Positions 18,231 to 26,502 of a DNA stretch of 64,000 bases are shown here, piece by piece. The notes beneath the pieces were generated by a model that was given only the letters and a program-made list of their open reading frames with translations, made no database searches and was not told the DNA's origin. Numbering within the stretch: position 1 is the stretch's first letter; every line of letters starts with the position of its first letter. A program made the translations under genes and the position numbers. This DNA comes from Planctomycetota bacterium (GTDB lineage Bacteria; Planctomycetota; UBA1135; GCA-002686595), in NCBI GenBank assembly GCA_016714045.1, contig JADJNY010000006.1, forward strand, positions 287,121-351,120, in the 5' to 3' direction.

Positions 18231-18505
18231 ACTCCTACGTTCGAGAGCAAGCGAGTCGCGCGCACAGTCTCGCCGTTCGACCTGCTCGTTGCCGAGCTAC
18301 TACGTTCGATCGTGCTCGCGCCCCGCGCACATTCTCACCGTTCGCCGATTGAGCCCCGCACAAGCCCGGGCCGGTTCTCCGGTCCGGGCTTGTGCGGGGT
18401 CCGGAGTGCAAAACTGCCGAGGTGTTCCGCTGCGCCTCTTTCCCCCGCATCGTCTCAGCTGGCAGTGGCGTCCCGATCGACACGAGTCCCCCCATCGGGT
18501 TGCGG
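18231..18505 (+). repeat. interspersed intergenic repeat, copy R1 (two ~60-bp subunits, long hairpin 18354-18399, distal conserved block)
   Basis: Starts right after the SGNH-2 stop codon. It aligns by eye with the reverse complement of 24808-25095 and 40744-40975 over most of its length. Hairpin: CCCCGCACAAGCCCGGGCCGG-TTCT-CCGGTCCGGGCTTGTGCGGGG. Confidence 0.8.
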
Positions 18506-18780
18506 ACGCCAGCCCGCGCCATGACCGCGCCCCTTCCACGACTCGCCCGCACACGCCGCCGCCGGTGCTCGCGGATCAGGGCCGCGCGACGAGCAGCCCG
18601 TGACCGCCGGCCGCGCCCGCCCGTCTCCGCCCGAGCCGACCCGCACGCCGCGCTCGGGCGCCTTCGTCGCACGCGACGCTCCGGGTCGGCCGCAGGACCT
18701 TCCGGGTTCTTCGAAACCCCACGGCACCGGCGTGGGGAAGGAGCGCGCCCCATCGAGGCCTCCATCCCAAAGACGCGCCC

Positions 18781-19458
18781 GTGATCCGACGTCGCTACAC
18801 TCTCCGGCCCGTGAATCCGCTGCGCTGCCGCGCGCTCGCGCGGCACCTCGATTCACGCCGCCCCCACACCGAGACCGTGCAGCCCGAGTCCCACGAGCTC
18901 TCGCCCTTCTCCCCCGCCGAGGACCTCGAGCTCGCCCGAAGCGCGGGCGCGCGCGATCCGTCGGCCGTCGACCGCCTGATCGATCGCCTCGGCTGCCTGC
19001 CGGTGCTCATGCGCGCGCGGCACGCGCGGATGGGCTCGCCGCTCTCCTACGACGAGTTCGACGACGCCCTCCAGGAAGCGCTGATCGCCATCTGGTCGAA
19101 GCTGGACGAGTACGATGGGCGCGTTCGGATCGAGGTCTGGGCCTACGGTTTCGGCGTGATCCAGCTCCATCGCGTCGTGGAACGGCGCCGGCGCCGGCGC
19201 TTCGAGTTCCTGGGCGACGACGACGAGCGCTCGATCCCCGCGCGCGAGGAGAGCGAGCTCGAAGAGCCGGCGGCCTGGGCCAAGGCCGAACGGGTCCTGG
19301 CGGCGGACGACCTCGAGATCCTGCGACTGAAGCACTTCGAGGACCTGACCTTCGAGGAGATCGGTGCTCGAATCGGTCTCGGAACGAGCACGGTGAAGAC
19401 GCGCTACTACCGCGGGCTCGCGCGACTGCGGCAAGGACGCATGGGAGAGGAAGCGTGA
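18781..19458 (+). CDS. ECF-family RNA polymerase sigma-70 factor
   Basis: Region 2-like FDDALQEALIAIWSKLDEYDG..WAYGFGVIQLHRV. Region 4 is LEILRLKHFEDLTFEEIGARIGLGTSTVKTRYYRGLARLRQ. The start is uncertain; in-frame GTGs at 18811 and 18877 are alternatives. Confidence 0.8.
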   Translation: MIRRRYTLRPVNPLRCRALARHLDSRRPHTETVQPESHELSPFSPAEDLELARSAGARDPSAVDRLIDRLGCLPVLMRARHARMGSPLSYDEFDDALQEALIAIWSKLDEYDGRVRIEVWAYGFGVIQLHRVVERRRRRRFEFLGDDDERSIPAREESELEEPAAWAKAERVLAADDLEILRLKHFEDLTFEEIGARIGLGTSTVKTRYYRGLARLRQGRMGEEA

Positions 19459-20192
19459 GCCAGCGACGGGACGACGAACAGCTGCTCGAGGCGCTCTTGT
19501 GCGGCGAGCTCGCAGAGGACGATCCGCGCGTGCACGCGGCCTTCGAGCGCGACCCGGCACTGCGCCTGGAGTACCGCGAGCTGCGCTCAGAAGGGGCCGA
19601 GCTCGAGCGCGAGTTCGCCTCCGTCGAGCGGGAGCTCGCCGCGCGGCTCGAAGAGATCGAGCCCGAGGACCGCGAAGTCGTCCGACGCGCGCTCCGCGCG
19701 CGAGACGATCGCGCACGCGCCGTCGGACCGGACGGGGCCACGGGGAACGGCGCAGGCGCGGCACGGCGCGACGGGGGCGACGCGACGCGCGTAAGCCACG
19801 GTGCCGCGCGCCCAACGCGCCGCGGGTGGCTCCTCGTCGCGGCGTCGATCGCGCTGATCTCGATCGTGGGGTACTTCGCGACGCGTTCGACGAAGCACGA
19901 CGAGGGCTCGCTCGGATGGACGAGCCCCCTCGTCGTCGAGGCGCAGGGAGCCGGGTTCGTGCTCGTGCTCGGCACGCCGCCCGCCGACGGTGACTTCCTC
20001 GTCCGCGTATACTCCGCGACGGCGGACGGAGAGCGCCGCCGCCTCCACGAGGCTACGACCACGCTGGAGCGATGGGAACTTCCCCTGGAGTTGGCACGGA
20101 GGACGAGCTCGGGCGAGCGCCTCGAAGTGGTCGTCCAAGCGCGCGAGAGCTCGGGCCCCGTCGGCGCCGCGCGGCGGGTCTTCGTGCCGTAG
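19455..20192 (+). CDS. putative anti-sigma factor (single-pass membrane protein)
   Basis: GTG at 19455 overlaps the sigma gene stop (GTGA). An acidic, helical N-terminal region is followed by one TM segment (WLLVAASIALISIVGYFA) and a ~95-aa extracytoplasmic tail. Only the 3' part of ORF 18600..20192 looks coding. Confidence 0.6.
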   Translation: MSQRRDDEQLLEALLCGELAEDDPRVHAAFERDPALRLEYRELRSEGAELEREFASVERELAARLEEIEPEDREVVRRALRARDDRARAVGPDGATGNGAGAARRDGGDATRVSHGAARPTRRGWLLVAASIALISIVGYFATRSTKHDEGSLGWTSPLVVEAQGAGFVLVLGTPPADGDFLVRVYSATADGERRRLHEATTTLERWELPLELARRTSSGERLEVVVQARESSGPVGAARRVFVP

Positions 20193-22831
20193 CGGTCCTC
20201 GCGGTCGCGTGCTTCGTCGGCGCGCCGCGGGCGTTCGCGGGCGCGACGCACGCGCGCCAGGACACCGAGTTCGCCGCCGCCTTCGAGGGCGAGTACCTCC
20301 CCCTCGTGCGCGCGATCGAAGCCGAGGCGAACGGCGGCGCCGCGGGGCCGAAGCCGGCCGAGCTTCAGCGCGTCCACGAGCTCACCTGCCTGTGGTGGTC
20401 GGATCCGACGACCCGGGCGGCCCTCGACCCCGTGGCCCCGGGCGCGCTCAAGAGCTTGTACGCGTTGCTCCCGCGGCACAGCGACGCGGACCTCGCCACG
20501 ATCGGAGGGCACGCGCTGTGGCTCGCGCGCACGCTGAAGGACTCCGGCCGGCTCGCGGACGCGCGGAGCGTGCTCGAACCCGCGCTCCCGGCGCTCGCGG
20601 GACCGCGCCTCGTCGGCGTGTCGCTGCTGATCGAAGCCGCGGAGGTCGACCGGCTCGTGGATCGTTGGACTTCGGCGCTCGAGCGGCTCGATCGAGCGGA
20701 GACGTTCGCGCGCGGCGCGCTCCAACCCGAACCTTCCGAGGAGGATCGCCGCGGACTGCGGTTCGCGATCGAGTTCGGCCGAGCCTCGACCCTGCTCGAG
20801 ATGGGGCTCGGCGATCGCGCACAAGCTCCGATCGCGGAGCTCGAACGGCTCGCGCGCGAGTCGGAGCTCCCACTGCGCCGAGCCGACGCCGTGTGGATGA
20901 GCGTCCGCGCCACGAACGCCGCGCAGCGCTTCGACGCGTCGATTCAGCGCATCGAGGCCTTCCTGCGCTCGTCCGACGGAGTCGAGCTCACGGCGCTCGA
21001 GACCGGCCCCGGCGCCGCGCGCATCGCGTCCCTCCTCGTGCGCGGCTCGATCGCGGCGGTCGAACTCGAAGCCCATGGGAAGCCCGTGGCGGAGCCCGCG
21101 CACGCGTGGCTCGACGCGGTCCTCGAGCGGCCCGAGCTAGCGGCGGGCGAGCGCGCGCTCGCGCTCGTCGTGCGCGCGCGCCGGAGCCTCGACCGCGGCG
21201 AGTTCGAGCGCGCGCGCGCCGACCTCGGGCTCGCCGGCGATTCCGTCGTCGCGCGCGCCGGAGTCGCAGGCGACGAGCGGCTCCTCTCGATCCGCACGCT
21301 CTCCCTGCGCCTCGCGCTCGAGGCGCGCGAAGGGCGCGAGGCGACCCTGCGAGCCGCGGAAGCCCTCGAGGGCGAGCTCGCGGGCTGGATGGCGCGCTGG
21401 CGCGAGCAGCAGGTCCGGCGCGGCGGCCTGGGCGCGCTGCAGTTCCGCGAACGACGCGAGGCCGTGAGCGAGCTCTTGCGTGCCCGGGTCGCGCTCGGCG
21501 GACCGCTCCAGGGCGCGCGCCGCGCGTTGGAGCTCGTGCTCGACGTCCAGGCGCTCGGTTCGGTCGCCCGCTCGCTCAGCGCGAGCCAGTTCGACGCGGA
21601 CACGGTGCTGCGGGAGCTCGCGAGCGCGGAAGGCCGCGGGTTCCTCGTCTTCTTCGCCGCTCGCGACCGCACGCACGTCCTCGCCCTCGACGCCTCCGGA
21701 ATCAGCCACCACGCGTTCGAGATCGCGGGCGAGCGCCTCGACGAACTGCGAGGCGAACTCGTCGCGGCGATCGCCGAGGAACGGCTTGCGCCCGCCGCAA
21801 CTCCCTCGGCCGCGTTCGAAGAAGCGCGCGCGGCGCTGTCGCGCGAGCTGTTCCCGGCCGAGCTCGTCGAACGCACGCGCGCCTGGTCCACGCTCGTGGT
21901 CGTCGGCCTCGATTCGCTCGGCTACGTGCCCTTCGAGCTCCTCGACGGACGCGACGGGTGCTGGATCGGGGAGTCGTCGCGCCTCGCCTACTTGCCCTCG
22001 CTGCCCGTCGGCGTCGCGCTCGCGCGGCGCGGCGCGAGCCCGCTCGGGACCGCGCCGCCGCGCGCCGTCGCGACGGTCTGCGTGGCCCCCGAGGGTGTGC
22101 GTCCCGAGTTCACGCGCGATCTCGAGCCGCTCACCTTCGCCAACGACGAGGAACGGGCGCTGCGCGCATCGCTCGCCGAGAGCGAGCTCAGTCTCTACTT
22201 GCAGGACGAAGCGACGTGGTCCGCGTGGAGCGGAGCGGTCGCGCGCGGAGCCGACTACGGACTGATCCTCGCCCACGGCGTGCGCGACGAGACGCGCGAG
22301 GAGCCCGAGTGCATCGTCCTCGCCGGAGGTGAACCGGTCGGTCCCGCGGAGTTCGAAGCGCGCGTCGGGGCGCTCCCGAACCTGCTCGTGCTCGCTTCGT
22401 GCAGCGCGGGCCGCGGACGTCTCCGCCGCGGCGACGACGGACGCAACCAGCTCGTCGGCGCCGCGCTGGCCGGGGGCGCGCGCACCGTGGTCGCGCCGCA
22501 GGTCGCCGTCGACTACCGCTACTCGCTCGAGCTCGTCGCGGCCCTCCACGAGGCGCTCCTGCGCGAGGGCGCGACGCCGTTGGAGGCGCTGCGCACGGCT
22601 CGCTCGCGGGCGCCGCGAACCGCGCGCGCGCTGGCGTACGAGCCCTACCTCTGGCACCTCACGGGCCTCGGCGACGTCCCCATCGCCCGGCGCGGCGCGA
22701 ATCCGGCGCACGCCCCTGTGCCGAAACCGACCTCAGGGCCCGCAGCGTGGGTCGCCGTCGTCGGAACCGCGTTCCTCGCCGGAGCACTGCTCATCGTGCT
22801 CGCGAGAAAGCGAGCGAGCGAGCGCTCGTGA
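20072..22831 (+). CDS. CHAT-domain (caspase-like) protease with N-terminal helical repeats and a C-terminal TM anchor
   Basis: The C-terminal half has the CHAT pattern: LVVVGLDSLGYVPFELL, YGLILAHGV (His), LLVLASCSAGRG (Cys), GARTVVAPQVAVDY and PYLWHLTGLG. The N-terminus PRRRRAAGLRAVAVLAVACFVGAPRAFA is signal/Tat-like. The tail AAWVAVVGTAFLAGALLIVLARKRASERS is a TM helix plus a basic patch. ATG 20072 is the only ATG or GTG in frame upstream of the signal peptide, and it overlaps the previous gene by 121 nt. Confidence 0.8.
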   Translation: MGTSPGVGTEDELGRAPRSGRPSARELGPRRRRAAGLRAVAVLAVACFVGAPRAFAGATHARQDTEFAAAFEGEYLPLVRAIEAEANGGAAGPKPAELQRVHELTCLWWSDPTTRAALDPVAPGALKSLYALLPRHSDADLATIGGHALWLARTLKDSGRLADARSVLEPALPALAGPRLVGVSLLIEAAEVDRLVDRWTSALERLDRAETFARGALQPEPSEEDRRGLRFAIEFGRASTLLEMGLGDRAQAPIAELERLARESELPLRRADAVWMSVRATNAAQRFDASIQRIEAFLRSSDGVELTALETGPGAARIASLLVRGSIAAVELEAHGKPVAEPAHAWLDAVLERPELAAGERALALVVRARRSLDRGEFERARADLGLAGDSVVARAGVAGDERLLSIRTLSLRLALEAREGREATLRAAEALEGELAGWMARWREQQVRRGGLGALQFRERREAVSELLRARVALGGPLQGARRALELVLDVQALGSVARSLSASQFDADTVLRELASAEGRGFLVFFAARDRTHVLALDASGISHHAFEIAGERLDELRGELVAAIAEERLAPAATPSAAFEEARAALSRELFPAELVERTRAWSTLVVVGLDSLGYVPFELLDGRDGCWIGESSRLAYLPSLPVGVALARRGASPLGTAPPRAVATVCVAPEGVRPEFTRDLEPLTFANDEERALRASLAESELSLYLQDEATWSAWSGAVARGADYGLILAHGVRDETREEPECIVLAGGEPVGPAEFEARVGALPNLLVLASCSAGRGRLRRGDDGRNQLVGAALAGGARTVVAPQVAVDYRYSLELVAALHEALLREGATPLEALRTARSRAPRTARALAYEPYLWHLTGLGDVPIARRGANPAHAPVPKPTSGPAAWVAVVGTAFLAGALLIVLARKRASERS

Positions 22832-22871
22832 GAGCGCTCGCTCGGTTCGAAGCACGTCGAGTCCCGCGCGC

Positions 22872-24674
22872 TCACCCGCGCGGCGTGGGCCGTCCACTCG
22901 CTCCGCCGCCCGGCGGGATGGCGCCGCCGGCGCTGCCCGTCGTGCTCCCGTCGCCGCCGCTGCCCCCGACCGGAGGCTCGACCCCGAGCTGCAAGTTGTG
23001 GCGCGCGAAATAGGTCTCGACGACGTCCTCCGCGTAGCCCCACAACGTGAGCGCGGACGGGTGGTACTTCGTGATCGACGCGCCGGTCTTCGTGATCGTC
23101 GACGCGTGGAGGTGCAGGCCGACGAACTGAGTGTCGAGCAGGACCGGAGTACGGAGCGTCAGGGTGCAACCAACTTGTGTCGAGCCGGCGAGCGCGAACT
23201 CGACCCGGCCCGCGCGGATGGCCGACGTCGTGAACGGCGCGAGCGCGTCGTGCTCGATCCAAGCCTGTACGAGGCCGTGGGTCGGGGCCGGAGCGGACAT
23301 CTGCGCGAGCCCGGCAGGCGGCGTGAAGACGAGGTCGATCTGGTACTCGTGCTCGGCGCCGACGGGCCCGACGTAGGAGAAGGACTCCTTGACGTGGGTC
23401 AGGCTCGGGGCGCGCCCCGTCGCGATCGCGGAGCGATGGACGCGCGTGCCGTGGCGCGCGCGCGAGTGGCTCGGATCCGTGGGCGAACCGACCCACAGGA
23501 CGTCCTGATCACCGTCTCCGTCGAGGTCGACGACCGCGGCCGCGGCCGCCGCGAACGCGGGGAACTCCCCGTCGGACGCGCCGAGCACCCACCCGAGCCC
23601 CGTGGAGGACTCGAAGGCGGTCGCCCCGCCCGTCCGGCGGAGGAGGCGCGCCTTCGCGTTGGAACTCGACGCGAGCACGAGGTCGCCGAGCCCGTCGCCG
23701 TCGTAGTCGCCGCTCGTCGTCGCGCTCGCGTTCGCCTGCGGGTCGAGGAGCCCGCCGACCTGCGACCAGGAGGCGTGACCCGAGTTGAAGGCGAAGACCT
23801 GGAAGGTCTGGCTGTCCGAGCGCCACGTGTAGACGCAGGCCAGGTCGCGCTGCGCCGGGTTCGTGCTCCCCGCGATCCCGCGGGAGACGGACAGACCTCG
23901 GCGCGCCCCCGCGGGGAACGCATCGTCCGCGGGCAGCACGTTCGAGTTCATGTACCCGAGGTACGTCCCATCCCAGGCGAGCAGGAGCAGGTGCGGCCCG
24001 CTCATCGCGAGCAGTTCAGGAGCACCCGCACCGTCGAAGTCGAAGCCGAGGACCTCGGTCGTGCCCGGGATGACCGCGACCGACGGCTGGTCGGTGAACG
24101 TCGAGCCGTTCCATTCGAGGCGGAGCAGGGTGCTCCCCGCTGCGTTCGCGGCGAAGACGTGCGTCGAACCGCCCGGCCGAGCGACCGACCAGACACGCGT
24201 GGCGGACTTCCAATCCGACGTCGAGCGCACGTTGGAGACGTTGCGGACCTCGCCCGAGGCTGCGGTGCCTGTGTACTGGATGAGGTCGAGCCCCGTGTCC
24301 GGGTCGAGCACCAGCACGGCGTCCCGGCCCGCCGGTCCCGCTCCCACGAGCAGGGTCGCGTCGCGGCAGTCGTGCGCCACGACGTCGACGAGGTCGAACG
24401 AACCGAGGTTGGGCAGGAGGCAGGCGTCCGTGACCGCGTCGCTCGTCCGCATCACGAGGACGTCGGGCTGGTCGTCCGCGAGCACTCGCCCCGCCTGCAT
24501 CCGCCCGAACCCGAGGGGCACCGGCGCGGGGAAGGAGGGGAAGCCGGACTCCCAATCCGTCTCGGGCCACGAGAGGAGGTAGCTGGACTCGGACGTGACG
24601 GAGCCGGTCTGGGCCGCGGCCGGAAGAGAGAAGGCCACGGATGCGGCCAGGGTCGAAAGCACGAATCGATGCAT
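22872..24674 (-). CDS. secreted FG-GAP/VCBS-repeat (integrin-alpha-like propeller) protein
   Basis: ATG at 24674 gives the signal peptide MHRFVLSTLAASVAFSLPAAAQ. Calcium-loop-like repeats are FDFDGAGAPELL, SGDYDGDGLGDLVL and VVDLDGDGDQDVLW. The C-terminal tail is Gly-rich. Confidence 0.7.
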   Translation of the reverse strand: MHRFVLSTLAASVAFSLPAAAQTGSVTSESSYLLSWPETDWESGFPSFPAPVPLGFGRMQAGRVLADDQPDVLVMRTSDAVTDACLLPNLGSFDLVDVVAHDCRDATLLVGAGPAGRDAVLVLDPDTGLDLIQYTGTAASGEVRNVSNVRSTSDWKSATRVWSVARPGGSTHVFAANAAGSTLLRLEWNGSTFTDQPSVAVIPGTTEVLGFDFDGAGAPELLAMSGPHLLLLAWDGTYLGYMNSNVLPADDAFPAGARRGLSVSRGIAGSTNPAQRDLACVYTWRSDSQTFQVFAFNSGHASWSQVGGLLDPQANASATTSGDYDGDGLGDLVLASSSNAKARLLRRTGGATAFESSTGLGWVLGASDGEFPAFAAAAAAVVDLDGDGDQDVLWVGSPTDPSHSRARHGTRVHRSAIATGRAPSLTHVKESFSYVGPVGAEHEYQIDLVFTPPAGLAQMSAPAPTHGLVQAWIEHDALAPFTTSAIRAGRVEFALAGSTQVGCTLTLRTPVLLDTQFVGLHLHASTITKTGASITKYHPSALTLWGYAEDVVETYFARHNLQLGVEPPVGGSGGDGSTTGSAGGAIPPGGGASGRPTPRG

Positions 24675-24807
24675 GAGTAGGTCGGTTCCGCGAGGGTAGG
24701 CGTGGAGAGGGTTCGACGTTCGCGGTCCGAGGCTCCTCCCCACAGACCCGCAAGGTAGTCGCGGAAAACTCGAATTTCTCCGTCCGCGGGCGGACGCGCA
24801 CAACCCC

Positions 24808-25095
24808 ATGCGTGTCGACTCGCGGCGGTCGGGAGCGCAAGTGCCGGATGGGACGACCCAGGTCGAAGGGACGCCAAGGAGCACACGCGCGTGCTCCGCA
24901 TCACTCGAGCCGCACGAGCCAGGACCTGAGGACCCGTCCTCGCTCGCGCGGAGTTCTATGGGCTCTCAGCAACGAGCGAGTGGAACGGCGAGAAGGTGCG
25001 GGAGGCGCGAGCACCTTCGAAAGTAGTCGCTCCGTAGCGAGCGTCAAGCGGGGAGAGAGTGTGCGCGCCGCGCGAGCCTTCTCGAAAGCCGCAGC
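24808..25095 (-). repeat. interspersed intergenic repeat, copy R2
   Basis: Ends at the MBOAT stop codon (25096-25098). On the minus strand it reads stop - subunit - subunit - hairpin (24910-24951, 14 of 16 pairs) - distal block, collinear with R1. Confidence 0.8.
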
Positions 25096-26502
25096 TCAGA
25101 ACTGGAAGTAGATGAACGGCGTCGTCCCCGTCGCCACCCACGGCAGCGCCAGCGCCCATGCGATGCCGTACGCGAGCGCGAATGCCCAGTCGGGCGCCTT
25201 CTCTTCGAGCGGCGCGAGCGTCCGGCGGTGCGCGAGGACGTGCGCGATGAGCAATACGGCCACGAAGGGCGCCCAGCGCCACGTGAACGTCTCCGCGGCG
25301 TCGCCGCCCGCGCCGAGGAGGTTCTTCCACACCTGCGCCGCGACCCCGAAGTCGGGCGCGCGGAACACGACCCACGCGAAGAGCACCGCGAGCGGCGTCA
25401 GGATCCAACCCGCCGCGGCGCCGAGGCCCGCGAGCGCGCTCTCCCGCGGCACGCGCGCGGTCCACAGGCGGTGGAACACGAGGTACGCGCCGTGCATCGC
25501 GCCCCAACACACGAACGTCCACTTCGCGCCGTGCCACAACCCGCACAGGAGGAACACGATGCCGAGGTTCACGTACGTCCGCGAGGGTGACACGCGGTTG
25601 CCGCCGAGCGGGATGTAGAGATAGTCGCGGAACCAACTCGACAGCGAAATGTGCCAGCGCCGCCAGAACGTCGTGATGTCCGTCGCGAGGTACGGGAAGT
25701 CGAAGTTCAGCGTCAGCCGATACCCGAGCAGCCCCGCGGTCGCGATCGCCATGTCGCTGTAGCCCGAGAAGTCGCAGTAGATCTGCACGGCGTAGAGCAC
25801 GACGCCGATCCAGCTCGCCCAGGCGCCGTACTGCTCGGGGTGTTCGAACAGCGCGTCGACCGTCGGCGCCACCTGGTCCGCGATGCACGCCTTCTTCACG
25901 AAGCCGACGAGGAACAACACGAGCGCCGGCCGCACCGCGACGTCCGTCCAACGGCGCAGCGTGTCGAGCTGCGGCAGGAAGTCGACCGCGCGCACGATCG
26001 GACCGGCGACGAGTTGCGGGAAGAAGGTCACGAAGAGCGCGAAGTCGAGGTAGCTCTTCGCGGGCTTCAGCTCCTTGCGGTAGACGTCGAACGTGTAGCT
26101 CATCGACTGGAACGTGTAGAAGCTCACGCCCACGGGCAGCACGATCTCGAGCGTGCGCGCGCTCATGGGGAGCCCCATCCACGCGCTGAACGTCACCGCG
26201 GAGTCGACGAAGAAGTTGAAGTACTTGAAGAACCCGAGGATCCCGAGGTTCCCGACGAGCGACACGGCGAGCCACGCCTTGCGTCCGCCCGGCACGCGCT
26301 CCTTCCCGAGCATCGCGCCGATCACGTAGTCGAGCGTCAGCGTCGCGAACATCAGCGCGAGGAACCGCACGTCCCACGCGCCGTAGAAGACGCACGAACA
26401 CGCGAGGAGCCAGACCTTGCGCGCCGTGTGACCCTTGAGCCCCCAGTGCACGAGGAAGCACAGGAGGAACAGGACGAAGAAGCGGCCCTCCGTGAAGATC
26501 AT
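25096..26502 (-). CDS. MBOAT-family membrane O-acyltransferase (AlgI/DltB/PatA-like)
   Basis: ATG at 26502. Motifs MIFTEGRFFVLFLL.., VGVSFYTFQSMSYTFDVYR, FFPQLVAGPIVRA, IYCDFSGYSDMAIATAGLLGY and FWRRWHISLSSWFRDYLYIPLGGNR (conserved His). Ends ..PFIYFQF. The 5' half of ORF 25096..27555 is an out-of-frame artefact. Confidence 0.9.
   Translation of the reverse strand: MIFTEGRFFVLFLLCFLVHWGLKGHTARKVWLLACSCVFYGAWDVRFLALMFATLTLDYVIGAMLGKERVPGGRKAWLAVSLVGNLGILGFFKYFNFFVDSAVTFSAWMGLPMSARTLEIVLPVGVSFYTFQSMSYTFDVYRKELKPAKSYLDFALFVTFFPQLVAGPIVRAVDFLPQLDTLRRWTDVAVRPALVLFLVGFVKKACIADQVAPTVDALFEHPEQYGAWASWIGVVLYAVQIYCDFSGYSDMAIATAGLLGYRLTLNFDFPYLATDITTFWRRWHISLSSWFRDYLYIPLGGNRVSPSRTYVNLGIVFLLCGLWHGAKWTFVCWGAMHGAYLVFHRLWTARVPRESALAGLGAAAGWILTPLAVLFAWVVFRAPDFGVAAQVWKNLLGAGGDAAETFTWRWAPFVAVLLIAHVLAHRRTLAPLEEKAPDWAFALAYGIAWALALPWVATGTTPFIYFQF

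Noticed and set aside
18392-18784. A 130-aa ORF and other short ORFs inside the 550-bp gap upstream of the ECF sigma gene.
   Set aside because: The translations are Arg/Pro-rich and overlap repeat copy R1. The similar peptides seen at other repeat copies come from the shared DNA repeat, not from coding conservation.
24700-24730. tRNA-like strings (GGTTCGA-type T-loop motifs at about 24709, 44365 and 60885).
   Set aside because: No acceptor, D-arm or anticodon stems can be drawn around them. They are chance matches, or part of the repeat flank.
24763-24781. An AT-rich imperfect palindrome (GGAAAACTCGAATTTCTCC) upstream of the FG-GAP gene, considered as an ECF-type promoter or operator.
   Set aside because: Only 6 of 9 positions pair. 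I could not place convincing GGAAC / CGTC-type -35 and -10 elements at proper spacing. It remains just the most AT-rich spot in the region.
18231-25095. The repeats considered as integron attC sites flanking gene cassettes, since each starts at a stop codon and is an imperfect palindrome.
   Set aside because: No RYYYAAC / GTTRRRY core sites are present; the flanks read GTTCTAC, GTTCGAC and similar. The elements are much longer than attC sites. The intervals hold several genes in both orientations, and no intI gene is visible.
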